From Octopus vulgaris (taxonomy: Eukaryota), in contig OX597827.1 of the NCBI GenBank assembly GCA_951406725.2, positions 78,926,001 through 78,990,000 of the forward strand: DNA of 64,000 nt. The letters run 5' to 3'. Position 1 is the first letter of the stretch, and each line of letters starts with the position of its first letter. Made by a program: the position numbers and the translations under genes. Below, one piece after another: positions 50,462-63,321 of the stretch. The notes under the pieces are model-generated. The model ran no database searches. It was not told the origin of the DNA and saw only the letters and a program-made list of their open reading frames with translations.

Positions 50462-52399
50462 TACCCAAACTCTAACAAACACAAACTTCCTCTTTTTTTT
50501 CTCATGTTTAATTTTTTGCTGTTTTACATTAATTTTTTTTCCATGTTTGCAGGATCAAAAAGTTTTTTTTTATATTGCTATTATTCCACAGCAGAATGAT
50601 GGTCCTTCCTATTGCTGACCACCCCACCATGGAGTAGGGGTGGCCCTTGGTTTTATATCAGTCAGGAAAATGGGAACAAAGAGAGCAGAGTTACTGTGCC
50701 CTGAGACCACAACGACTGTCAGTGACATTGGAGGAGAGACAGCAATAATGGTAGTACTAAGTGTTGATGTACTCAGTTTTGTAGTACTTTAATGTCACAG
50801 TCATTGTACTTCTTTTAATGAGAGACAAGTGGCTCCGGGCTGTGAGTATTTCCTCTGTTATGCATCGAGACTTGAACTCTACAAGAGATGCTCATTTGGA
50901 TGAAACACCAGTTTATTGATAACATTTCCGTATGATGGGATATTCTGAACTGATTCCTGACGGCTCAGTAACCTGCAGTCTTCCATTCGCATCTAGGAAT
51001 TGTTATAGGAATCGACCTGACTGAGTACTAAATCAACCTATTGTTAAAGACATTTAATTTGATTGCCAATGTGATAAAAAAAAAAGCCCCCAGAAAATTA
51101 TGCTTGTTTCTAAGAAAAGGGAGACATTACAAATCTCAGTTACTTATCTCAACTTATAACTTTTGAAATGATTTGATAGATTTTTAGACCCCCACCCCAC
51201 CCTCCATACTTTGTCTGGGTATGAAACTTGATAATTATACAGCTTAGACAACTTTGATGATGTTTCTGGGATTAACCTCACCATTAACTGTCCCCTCATT
51301 CAGTTTCTTTTCTTGACCATCAATCAGTACGTTACTGGGGCAGAACTGACAACTTCAGCTCCATGGAATGGTTATGTTCCTGAAATTTGGCTTCACAGAC
51401 TTGACCCTTCTCCAAACTGTACAGAGGGGCACTACAAGATAGACCTGCTTGAAGTAACAGCCAACATCTCTCTCAAATCATATCCTACTATCTTAAGAAA
51501 GGACACATTGAATAATGTTGTTCAAGATAAAACAGGATTGTCGTGGTTGGAATGCTGTTGATTATGGGTCTGCTCGATCAGGGCTGACCTAGGGCTAAAG
51601 AAGAGTCACAATAAGAGTGTTGCTACTGTTTACAACAGTGGATTGTTCCTACCTGTGGTACCTTTTTACAGTTAAGTAGACTGAGCCACTCGAGAGATAA
51701 GTGTCTTGGTCACAAACCCTTAGCTGTGCACTTGACCATCAGACATCTCTCTGAGCCAATTAACAAACCATTAATTATTTGTTGCATTCTTTAGGAGTTT
51801 AAAATTGTTGTTTCTGCTCAGATAATACTTTTTAACTGACATCTACTCCCCCCCTCTCTCCCTCTCTATTCCTCTCTCTCTCTCTACTCCCCTCTCTCTA
51901 CTCCCCCCTCTCTACTTCTCTCTCTCTCTATTCCTATCAATCCTCTCTGTCCTGTTGAGGCTAACAAACTATAGTTTTACTTTCCATCCTGTTGTTCTGC
52001 TTGTCACATCGTTGGGTAATATTTTGAGAGTTTTTCTTCTTAACAGTTCTGCAGACTTGGTCTTTGATCCTCTTCCACAATATTTGTTGGTTCCTTTCTA
52101 CACTTTAATTGGAGCTGGGACTTAGAATCGTAACTAATTAGCCAGAGAATGTGTGGTCATCCTTGTTGGCAGTGGTTGTCTCAGACTGAGTGGACAAATG
52201 CTTAGATTGAACTGGTTTTGGAGAAATATGAGAGGGGAAGGGTGGGGGGGGGAGAAGGATGTTGTATACCAGACACATCCATTCCATACCAGAATTGTTA
52301 ACCACACACACACACAATAAGTATATTATGCCTCACATCTGATTCCTCATATAGTTTGTCTCTCAGCTTATTTGTATTCCATCATACATGCAAACTAAC

Positions 52400-52990
52400 C
52401 ATAAACATCCGGTGAAGCATCCTTGCTTCATTTCTTTTTAGCCATTGCAAATCTTCTGCATTCAAGGTCCACATCTTTGCTACTGCACAACATCACACTT
52501 CATACAATCTGCCCCTTAGTTTGAAGAAAAATCCCTTGTTGTCAGCAGAGGTAGTACTTCCTTAAACTTTTCCACGCTGGTCTTGCTCTGACTACTGTGC
52601 TTACAGAATACCTATCACCTCTGCTAATTAAATCATTTAGGTAACAAAAGCTATCAACTACGTCAAGGGAGCCTGTGGCTATTTCATAGGCCCCACCACC
52701 TGCAATCTCTGAGTGCCTGTTGTCCCTGGCAATCTGATGCATGTGATGTCTGTCTCCTTGTTGGCCAGTCTCTGATCACACTACACTTCTTGAGCAGCTG
52801 TAGTTTTCACTGGTCATGCTTCATGGAATTCTTACCAAATTCTTCTCAGCATATGAAGCATAGTCATTTCCCTGATGGCAGCATGGTTGTACTTTCTCTC
52901 TGACTTAGTAATACTTGACCTAATGATCTCAAATGGTTTGATAGCTTTGGGGGTTTCATCATTAAAGTTTGCTCCTTGGCTTGTTACATA
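52400..52990 (-). mobile_element. Highly degenerate RTE LINE fragment
   Basis: SLDVVDSFCYLND...RPAWKS motif on the minus strand. Confidence 0.6.
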
Positions 52991-53262
52991 ACAAAACACA
53001 TCTGTGATAGGCTGTCTTCATTGTTGAAACTGAGTTTTAAACAATCTCAGTTATGTATGTATGTACATGTATATATATATTTAGAATGTGTGTGTGTTTG
53101 TGTACAACATATGTATATATATATATATAATTTGTCTGCTTTGTTAGCATTCAATGTAAACAGCCATGAAACCACTAAATTTGATCAAATGCTAGCATCT
53201 AGGGTCGTCCACAATGGCTCAAAACCACTAAATCTGACTAAATACTGGGGTCTAGCCTGATC

Positions 53263-53264
<2 letters not shown>

Positions 53265-53299
<35 letters not shown>

Positions 53300-53710
53300 T
53301 TAACGTCCGCTTTCCATGCTAGCATGGGTTGGATGATTGACTGAGGGCTGGCGAACCAGATGGCTGCACCAGGCCTCAATCTTGATCTGGTAGAGTTTCT
53401 ACAGCTGAATGCCCTTCCTAATGCCAACCACTCTGAGAGTGTAGTGGGTGGTTTTACATCTCACCGGCACGGGGCCAGTCAGGTGGTACTGGCAACAATC
53501 TCGCTCGAATCCTTTACACATGCCACTGGCACAGGTGCCAGTAAGGCGATGCTGGTAACGATCACGCTTGAATGGTATCTTTTACGTGCCACTGGCACAG
53601 AGGCCAGATAGCCGCTTTGGCAATGATCATGCTCGGATGGTGCTCTTAATACCCTACTAGCATGGGGCTTGAGTGCCAGTAAGGCGACGCTGGTAACGAT
53701 CCCGCTCGGC
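53265..53710 (-). mobile_element. RTE-related 3'-end element
   Basis: Long (CAT)n followed by the reverse complement of 8030-8450. Confidence 0.85.
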
Positions 53711-53914
53711 TACTTCTTAAAAGGCTTCTTGCAAGCTTTCTACTGTAAAGTGATGTGGCAATGTTCTTTCAATATTTCTGTAAATAAATATACACTGATG
53801 ATGTATTTATTGATGAGGATAATGACTGATTGGATGTGGGAAGACATAACAGAGAAAGATTAAAAGACCGACAGGTCAAAGCCATCTCTTTTTAAGTTTG
53901 GGCCCCAACAGGGT

Positions 53915-55106
53915 TTTGTGGTTACGAAGTTTGCTTTGCATCTGTGTGGTGTTTGGTTCAACCCCTCTGCACGGCACCTCATACAATTATCTTCCTACCA
54001 TAGAACTGGATTGGGCAAAGTTTTGTGAATGAAATTAATTGATGGAAATAATGTGGCATCCCATTGGAGAGACCATTCCTGTTATTCGGTGATAAATTTA
54101 ATCTGTTGCCTGGTTTAACCCCATTCACTGGCCCTAGGGTACCTTTAGTGTAGCCCACTATATTACAGGAATTCAGGGCAGGTCTATAATTTGAGGATAA
54201 ATATCCTCCCATCTGTCCCAGAGGTCAAGTCTTTTGCCTGCACATAATAAAATAAGTTTCATTATTTTTGTACATTTTTTTTTTGATTGTGACATCAGAA
54301 TCCCAGAAAGTTGGTCAAATTGTGATTACTGAGAGATTGGTTTCACTGTCTCATCTCACCCCTTACAAGTATAGTTGGCCTCCTCCGAGGAAGTTTTTTC
54401 TGGCTGCTTACTATAAAAGTGCCAGTGCTGTCCAACACAGGTTTTAACCCCTTCTGGATATGGTCAAACTGGACGAGTTGTAGGAAGTAATGTGATGATT
54501 GCTTTTACTCCACTCTGTTGTATTGTTTGGACACAGAGATTATAGCAACGAGTAGCTACTGGCTCCTGGAGCAAACTCATACTGGATTTGGTGGGAGAAG
54601 TTTGGTCAGTTGCAGTTCTGAACACTCTCTTTCATATTCTTCCCCGCTTCGCAGTGCCAGTGCTGTGTGGCAAAAAACAGGAAGTTTGGCAGAGGTAATC
54701 AGCTTACACATCCCATAAGAAACCCTTTTATGGTGCAGCTGAGCCCCTGCCCAGCTTTAGATTATTCTCTTGAATCTAAGCATAATTATGGGAATTTGAC
54801 TGTCATCAAAACCGTGTTTTCATTGCCCACCTAACAACAGTCGTTAGTGTTTGTTCTTGTTTAGTGTCCTATTTGTGGTTACGAAGTTTGCTTTGCATCT
54901 GTGTGGTGTTTGGTTCAATCCCTCTGCACGGCACCTCATACAAGTATCTTCCTACCATAGAACTGGATTGGGCAAAGTTTTGTGAATGAAATTAATTGAT
55001 GGAAATCATGTGGCATCCCATTGGAGAGACCATTCCTGTTATTCGGTGATAAATTTAATCTGTTGCCTGGTTTAACCCCATTCACTGGCCCTAGGGTACC
55101 TTTAGT
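53915..55106 (+). repeat. 235-bp near-identical direct repeats (53915-54149 and 54872-55106)
   Basis: Directly visible. Only a few substitutions separate the copies. Confidence 0.9.
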
Positions 55107-55179
55107 CACACTAGTGACGACCATTTTATTGGTAGAAACAAAAATAAGCAGACATAGAAACCCAGTTGTCATCTATAAA

Positions 55180-55860
55180 CTGCTGGGTGAAAGCTTCATC
55201 TTGTTGCTAGTTTTTTTTCAGACTCTCCATGTTTCTAATTGATGCTGGTCTTCTGCCATTGGTCCGTCTCTTTTATGGTTTCCTTCTTTATTTTTTCCTA
55301 TCCTTGATGATTTTTGTCCAATGGGTCACTGTCCAGCCAAGGTGCCTCATCACCACTTCCATTTCCTTTTTGTCTTCTACAGTGCTAACAGTATCATCTG
55401 CTTCCATCCATTCTTTTCCCTTTCACCTTGTGTCGGTATACGGCCAGTTTTCTCTGCATTTCTACTCTGTCTTCTCCAACTGTCAAAACCCCAAACATTT
55501 CATCTGTTTCTCTCAGCGTTTCCTTTGTATCCTACAGACTATCTGATATCTCTATGATATCAGCAAATCTGAGATAATGTAGGAGGTTTCCATTGACATT
55601 TATTCTTTGCTTCTCCCAGTCTAACAGTCTGAAAATGTTTTCTAATGTTGTGAACAGTTTGGGTGATGTGGTATCTCCTTGGCTCACACCTTTCTTTATC
55701 TGAATGTCATCACTCCCTCTGCCTTGTCTGTTGATATTCCTGCTACTATGGAGATTACTTTCTCGAGGTAAATGTAAATGTCTTTCACAACTTACTCTTC
55801 CAATCAGTTCAGTACAGTGACAAATTCTCCGCATTAGGTTCAGTCAGTTTGTTGATGCTG
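55180..55860 (-). mobile_element. Degenerate RTE/BovB-like RT fragment
   Basis: IKKGVSQGDTTSPKLF...INVNG..LHYLRFAD. Confidence 0.75.
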
Positions 55861-57808
55861 TGGAGGTTGTAGAAACCACTCCTGAAGCCTGCCGACTCCT
55901 CTGGCAATTTGTCTTCTCCATTATTTTCACTGGTCTCCAATTGACACATTTATTGGCTGATTGGGCTTCTTGGTCGTGGTTATCTCCCTTGTTTTACTTG
56001 CCTAATCCTTATTCTTTTTTTTTCTCTCTCCATTGTTCTGTTATTTTCGCATTGTTGACACAGACTGTGCTTTTTGGCCAAGGTGTCAGGTTATATTACT
56101 TGAAAACTTAGCCTTCTGTTTCCACTTTTGGCTTCAAATCCTTAACGATGTCAAATGGTTTCCTATTTTTCTGGTTTGTAATTAAAGTTTGTTATCAGCA
56201 ACGTCTGTGATGAGAAGTCTTGTCTTTCTTGTTTGAGCCAAGAGAAAATCTCATCATGTAGGGGTTTGTGTATATAGATGGATGTTTTTTTGGTGTGTGT
56301 GTGTCTGTGCATATGTATGTGTGTATGCAAATGTCATATATTAATCCTCTTGACAGTGTTGGCCCCACCCTGCAATTTGGAAACACCTGTATTTTCTTAC
56401 CGGCATATATAAAGCAAAAACGTCCAAAATAACTAATTCTTTAAAAACTTACAATGAATGACAGATTGGCAAAAAAAGAAATTTACATTAAAATGCCAAT
56501 AATTTGTGGTACAAATATTCGAATTAACAACAGTTAAGATGTTGGAAAATATTGTCTGTCGTTTTGAGAGAAACTCCTCTTCATATAAACTCTGTTCCAC
56601 TTGATGTGGTATTTTTTATAAGCCATTTCTAAGTTGTGTGTGAGAATATTGTTATTGTTGGGACAACAGAAATGTGTTGTGCCCTGCTGGAGCACAATTA
56701 TTAATTCAGAAATGAATTTGATCTTCTTGACTGGAGACATACAGACTGCCATGTTTGATATCTCAGTTAAATGTTTTACAATTGTACCCACTACAACCTT
56801 GTACCCAGCAGTGAAAGGGTACGGATGTAACTGTGCGGTTAAGAAGTTCACTTTCTGATTGCTTGGTTTTAGGTTCAATCCAATCATGGGATGTCTTAGT
56901 TGTGTTCTACCATAACTTTGGGTTGGCCAGAACCTTGTGAAGGAAATTTGGTGAATAGACACTGGTGGGTTGCCCTTAATGGGACCATTCCTATCCTTAG
57001 ATGGTAGAGTTCACATGTTGCTTAGTTTAACACTACCATCTGGTCCTTGGGTATCTTCAGGGACAGCCACTCTTTTTCATACAAACAAACCAAATCTAAG
57101 GTCTGTGGATACTTTCCTCCCTTCGCTCATTAGTTTCAGAGGTTCTCAAAAAGGTCGGCAAACATCCATTGTCCTCTGGTTAAACCATTAAAAATATCCT
57201 TTTCAAAATTGACAAACAGGACACTTATATCCACAGTACCTTCTTTGATCAATTTGTTTTTCATGTCACTGTACTGTGTGAAAGGTCACTGTACTGACCC
57301 AACATCTGATTGATTCATTGACCACATCTTTCTATATAAACAGCATGAGATCCAGTTGTGGTTTCCACTTATAAAATAAAGACAAGATTTATGTCTCACT
57401 TGGCTAAAATTGTAGCCACTACATTTCCAATATTTCACTGGTATCTAGAAGTGGGACACTGAATAGAATTGCTTATGAGCTTATGTTTTGCCAACCATAC
57501 AGCAACGGCTTCCTTCTTAATGTCAGCTGTCTGATTACACAATACTTTTGTATTGAATTCCTTCTTTATTGATAAAGAGTGTTTGAGTTTACTGATCTAC
57601 GGTATCTGTTTTATGGAAATACCTGGCTGACTCTCATGAACTGTCTTTGGAGCATAATACCCCTTCTGCTGTTGTTATAATACTTCTCTCACTATTAAAG
57701 ACATAACAATGTTGTTTATGATCCAACTTTCTTACAGTATATATATTTATATATATATATGGAAAAAAAGTCAAGATAGAAAATGCTAAAATAATTTTAT
57801 AAAAAACA

Positions 57809-57850
57809 TTTCAGTACCGGTTTCAGTCATTGAGACTTTTTCAACTGTAA
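57809..57850 (-). ncRNA. Minimal hammerhead-ribozyme-like motif, U3-A8 variant
   Basis: Minus strand TTACAG-TTGAAAA-AGTC(TCAAT)GACT-GAAA-CCGG-TA-CTGAAA, with palindromic ACCGGT stem III and a GUA site. Confidence 0.6.
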
Positions 57851-58562
57851 CAATTAAACAGTTAAATTTAGAAAAATTAAAAAAGAAAAGTTTTTTTAAA
57901 AGAATATTTGTATAGTGTTCAAATGTAAGTGGCATTTTCCTTATTTCTGTCTGTCTCTCTTGTTTACTCTTGGTGGGTTTGAGGTTGTTTTATTAATTTT
58001 GAATAGATGCCAATGTTGGTGAGACTGAATCTTTTTCTCTTTATCTTCATCTTTACATCAACACAACCAGTGTTCTGTCTACAACATCAATAAAAGATTT
58101 AGCAAATGCAAACTAAAGTTTTCATAAACTTTCCCTTCTGTTCACTGCAGAACTCACAAAGAAGACAATTATTTTTCTCTTCCAATGAAAATTTGTTATA
58201 AATTTTGTTTTCCATAAAAAAATTGTTTCTCAGAATTCCTTTGTCTTTTCCTTTGTTTTACATTTCATTTCTTGTTATTGTTTCATCATTTTCTCTGCAG
58301 TCAGCCAAGAACCCTCGATGGCTTCTGTTGCATGGGGTAGATAAGAGGGCCAGAGTAAAGAGGAATAGAAGAAGTCAAGGTAAGCTTTAGGAATGGGCAC
58401 GTGCAGAGGAAGAATAGCATTAGCTTTGGGACTTTATGATTTCCATCTACATTATGGATTAGGAAGAAGTGATGCAGGTTGATCACAGGAAAGTGATGAC
58501 AAAAAACTATCAGTAGTGATACATTTTATGAGAGGAGACCTGTTTAATACATGCATGGAGGA

Positions 58563-58910
58563 CATCATCATCATCCTCATCGTTTAATGTCCGCTTTCCA
58601 AGCTAGCATGGGTTGGACGATTTTGACTGAGGGCTGGCGAACCTGATGGCTGCACCAGGGCTCCAATCTTGATCTGGCAGAGTTTCTACAGCTGGATGCC
58701 CTTCCCAACGCCAACCACTCCGAGAGTGTAGTGGGAGCCTTTTACGTGCTACCGGCATGGGGGCCAATCAGGCGGTACTGGCAAAGACCTCGCTCGAATC
58801 TTTTCACACATGCCACCAGCACAGGTGCCAGTAAGGTGACATTGGTAACGATCACGCTCGAATGGTGTCCTTTTACGTGCCACCGGTATGGAAGCCAGTT
58901 GGCTGCTCTG
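58563..58910 (-). mobile_element. RTE-related 3'-end element
   Basis: (CAT)n plus conserved end. Confidence 0.8.
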
Positions 58911-59114
58911 AGATATATATTGATGATGATGATGAAATTTAACTCCAACAAATATGACTGAGGCTGTCAGGACCAAGGATTTCACATCATTTATTTACAA
59001 TTTTTTCTACACTAAACACATTCTTACATGTTGTTCAACCATTGCCTTCTTGATCTTCCTATTTCCCTTTTACTGGGGGCTGTAGAATGTACTGGCTTCT
59101 TTTTAATCTTTTGT

Positions 59115-59319
59115 ACTCTTTACTCTTTTACTTGTTTCAGACTGCGGCCATGCTGGAGCACCGCCTTTAATCAAGCAACTCGACCCCGGCACTTATTCTT
59201 TTGTAAGCCCAGTACTTATTCTATCGGTCTCTTTTGCCGAACTGCTAAGTAATGGTGACATAAACACACCAACATTGGTTGTCAAGCAATGTTAGGGGGA
59301 CAAACACAGACACAAACGC

Positions 59320-59350
<31 letters not shown>

Positions 59351-59516
59351 TACGATGGGCTTCTTTCAGTTTCCGTCTACCAAATCCACTCACAAAGCTT
59401 TGGTCGGCCCGAGGCTATAGTAGAAGACACTTTCCCAAGGTGCCACGCAGTGGGACTGAACCCGGAACGATGTGGTTGGAAAACAAGCTACTTACCACAG
59501 AGCCACTCCTACGCCT
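59115..59516 (-). mobile_element. SINE family A, full length
   Basis: Matches family consensus. Confidence 0.85.
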
Positions 59517-59810
59517 AGTACATTGCATTTTCTATAGAATTCTTCCCCAGCCAGTCCTGTTATTACAGGGGACCAAACTCATATGGTGACATGATGCACC
59601 TACAGTGTGCTAAACGTCAACCTTTTATACAAAACTGTGATGTTAAAAGACAGAGAAGTTTCTGTCCTGTATGACTAGTTGCTCCTATTCACTTCCTTCA
59701 AAGACAATACTTATTATTAAGCAGACGCATTCAAGGTAATCACAACTATCTCCAAATAATTTTTCAATTGGAAAAGAGAGAAAGAAAACAGGTAAAATTA
59801 GGAAAATCAG

Positions 59811-60155
59811 CATCATCATCATCATCGTTTAACGTCCGTTTTCCATGCTAGCATGGGTTGGATGGTTCAACCAGGGTCTGGGAAGTCAGAAGGCTGCACC
59901 AGGCTCCAGTCTGATCTGGCAGTGTTTCTACAGCTGAATGCCCTTCCTAACGCCAACCACTCCGTGAGTGTAGTGGGTGCTTTTTACGTGCCACCAGCAC
60001 AGGTGCCAGGTGAGGCTGGCAATGGCCACGATTGGATTTGTGCTTTTTACGTGCCACTGGCATGGAAGACAGTCAAGGCCGCGCTGGCATCGGCCACGTT
60101 CGGATGGTGCTTTTTACGTGCCACCAGCACAGAGATCACAACTACAATTTCCATT
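59811..60155 (-). mobile_element. RTE-related 3'-end element
   Basis: Highly similar to 37312-37655. Confidence 0.8.
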
Positions 60156-60386
60156 GATAAATATATTGAAGATATTAAAATAAGAATGTCTTGTTGCTTA
60201 ATGCCAAGGCAACAGTAACAAATCAACCATTTCATATACTACTGAGAATTATATTAAAGGCTTTTAAGTGAATAGTGTGATCTACCTGTGTTAGCAGTGT
60301 GGCTCAATGACTTTTTAAAGTCATCTCTACAGATATTCTATCGGAATTAGAGCCAACACTGAAAGTTAGGTTTCGTATATGAATGT

Positions 60387-60552
60387 AGGCGTAGGAGTAG
60401 CTGTGTGGTAAATAGCTTGCTTACCAACCACATGGTTTCAGGTTCAGTCCCACTGCATGGCACCTTGGGCAAGTATCTTCTACTATAGCCCCGGGCCAAG
60501 CAGAACCTTGTGAGTGGATTTGGTAGACGGAAACTGAAAGAAGCCCATCGTA

Positions 60553-60586
<34 letters not shown>

Positions 60587-60743
60587 CGGGTGTGTATGTT
60601 TGTGTGTCTGTATTTGTCCCCCAACATCGCTTGATAACTGATGCTGGTGTGTTTACGTCTCCGTAACTTAGCGGTTCGGCAAAAGAGACCGACAGAATAA
60701 GTACTGGGCTTACAAAGAATAAATTCTGGGGTTGATTTGCTCA
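60387..60743 (+). mobile_element. SINE family A (3' truncated)
   Basis: Matches family consensus. Confidence 0.85.
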
Positions 60744-61369
60744 AATTTATTTATACTTTATATTTATATCTATACATATTTACATATATTTTTATATATA
60801 TTTATATATTTATATATATCTTTAATACAATAAGTATTTTCACATGGGTATATCTTTATGATGAGTTTGGATACTAATTTCCTTATATTAATAATAATAG
60901 TATATTATTAAAAAATATATGTATATATATATATAGGTGCCAATTTGGGGGTGGGGTGATCTGCAAATTAAAGGGCAATAACTTTAGGTTACTTTTTAGT
61001 TTAGTTTGTGCTAGTGCTATTTCGTGTGTGATCTACGTGAGCAAATTTGCTTTCGTGCGTGATCCATGATCTTATTTTAATTATTATATTGTTTAGTCTT
61101 AGTTTCTTTATTTTCTAAGACAGAAATGAAACATGGTTTTATTATTATTAACATAATTTTATTGATGAATTGAGTAAATATCTACTACAAATGTGAGGAA
61201 AAGGTCTTCAGCACACTTTCTCAACTGTAGCCAACAGAAATAATCAAGGTGAGATTGGAAGGGCTGTGGATTGAAAAAAAAAAGGGGCAGGCTAACGCTA
61301 TTTCTATGTAGAAAAAAGAAATCACGAAACACTTGTAGCAGAGCTACATGTTACATAGTAATATGTAAA

Positions 61370-61953
61370 TCGAAATTAAAACCAAAATCAAAGTCAAATT
61401 CGATGACGGGCATGAGCACCATCCGAGCCCCATGCTAGTAGGGTGCTAAGAGCACCATCCGAGCGTGATCATTGACAGAGCGACTAACCGGCTTCCATGC
61501 CAGTGGCATATAAAAGGCACCATTCGAGTATGATCGTTACTAGCTTCGCCTTACTGACACTTGTGCCTCATGCTAGTAAGGTGCTAAGAGCACCATCCAA
61601 GTGTGATCGTTGCCAGAGTGGCTAACTGGCTTCCATGCCGGTGGCATGTAAGAGGCACCATTCGAGTGTGATCGTTACCAGCATCGCCTTACTGGCACCT
61701 GTGCCGGTGGCATGTGTAAAAAGATTCGAGCGAGGTCGTTACCAGTACTGGCTGACTGGCCCCCGTGCTGGTGGCACGTAAAAGCACCCACTACACTCTC
61801 AGAGTGGTTGGTGTTAGGAAGGGCATCCAGCTGTAGAAACTCTGCCAGATCAAGACCGGAGCCTGGTGCAGCCATCTGGTTCGCCAGCCCTCAGTCAAAC
61901 CGTCCAACCCATGCTAGCATGGAAAGCAGACATTAAACGATGATGATGATGAT
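61370..61953 (+). mobile_element. RTE 3' UTR element with (GAT)n tail
   Basis: Homologous to 7895-8450. Confidence 0.85.
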
Positions 61954-62039
61954 CTGCACAGCAGACGAACATATCAATGAGGCATCTAGCTTTGCTTTAA
62001 TACACTAGCCTCGTTTTGATACAGTAACCTTATTTTGAG

Positions 62040-62670
62040 ACATTAGTCTTGCTCTGAGCTACATGGTAGAAGTTCTCTGTTCCTGTCAGCTTTTGCTCAA
62101 AGACACATGTCTTCTCTGTAGCTCTCCCCACAATCTCCCACGTGCGACTTACATGTCTATTCACCTCGACACAAGATATATGGTTCATAAACGAAGATAT
62201 TTTATCTCACACATTCTCAAAATCACTGTTCTCATTACACACCTGCATACATACTATAATACAAATATTATGTCACTTCTTTCAGTGCAAAATCTCTAAA
62301 TCATCAGTTCCAAAAGACATTGATTCTTGGACCCATGTGTTTCTACGAAGTGATGCTGTGAAAACCCCTCTCACACCTCCATATACAGGACCCTATTGTG
62401 TCCTGTCGCACACAAACTATATACCATTGACATTAATGCTAAAAGAGAAACTGTCTTGATAGACAGGCTTAAGCAGGCATACACAGACTGATACAATACT
62501 ACTTCATACATCTCCCACATTCACAGTTCAATATAAAACAGATGCTCCTCCACTGCAACCACCCCCAACACTACCACACACACCGACCCCTCCTCCATAC
62601 GTCACTGAAACTTGTAGTGGTCGTCAGGTACACTGGCCCACCAAGCTGTCTAAAACTATATACATCTGAA
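62040..62670 (+). mobile_element. Degenerate Ty3/gypsy integrase C-terminus
   Basis: THVFLRSDAVKTPLTPPYTGPYCVL (GPY/F motif), then in shifted frames YTIDIN...IDRLK.AY and T.SGRQVHWP. Confidence 0.8.
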
Positions 62671-62695
62671 CTATAATGATCTATTTGTGAACGTT

Positions 62696-63321
62696 AATAC
62701 GTTTCGTCTTCATCGTTTCCGATTCGTTTTTTTTTAAGAACTTTCATTTCGTATTTTATTTCCTAGTTGGGTGGTTGCGATGGTAAAACGTCTGGTTATT
62801 AAAACACAAGAGAACTTCTTAAACAAAGTAAATACGTTTCGTCTTCATCGTTTCCGATTCGTCTTTTATATATTTTATAATTTTGTATTTTATTTCCTAG
62901 TTGGGTGGTTGCGATGGTAAAACGTCTGGTTATTAAAACACAAGAGAACTTCTTAAACAAAGTAAATACGTTTCGTCTTCATCGTTTCCGATTCGTCTTT
63001 TATATATTTTATAATTTTGTATTTCATTTCCTTGTTCGCAGCAATGAGCGATGGTAAAACGTCTGGTTATTAAAACACAAGAGAACTTCTTAAACAAAGT
63101 AAATACGTTTCGTCTTCATCGTTTCCGATTCGTCTTTTATATATTTTATAATTTTGTATTTTATTTCCTAGTTGGGTGGTTGCGATGGTAAAACGTCTGG
63201 TTATTAAAACACAAGAGAACTTCTTAAACAAAGTAAATACGTTTCGTCTTCATCGTTTCCGATTCGTCTTTTATATATTTTATAATTTTGTATTTCATTT
63301 CCTTGTTCGCAGCAATGAGCG
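62696..63321 (+). repeat. Tandem array of ~134-137-bp units (4.6 copies, variants A,A,B,A,B)
   Basis: AATACGTTTCGTCTTCATCG recurs at 62696, 62831, 62965, 63102 and 63236. Confidence 0.95.

Noticed and set aside
62696-62727. Hammerhead in the tandem unit (minus strand GATGAAGACGAAACGTA)
   Set aside because: GAAACGTA is present, but there is no stem II and no complementary 3-8 pair.
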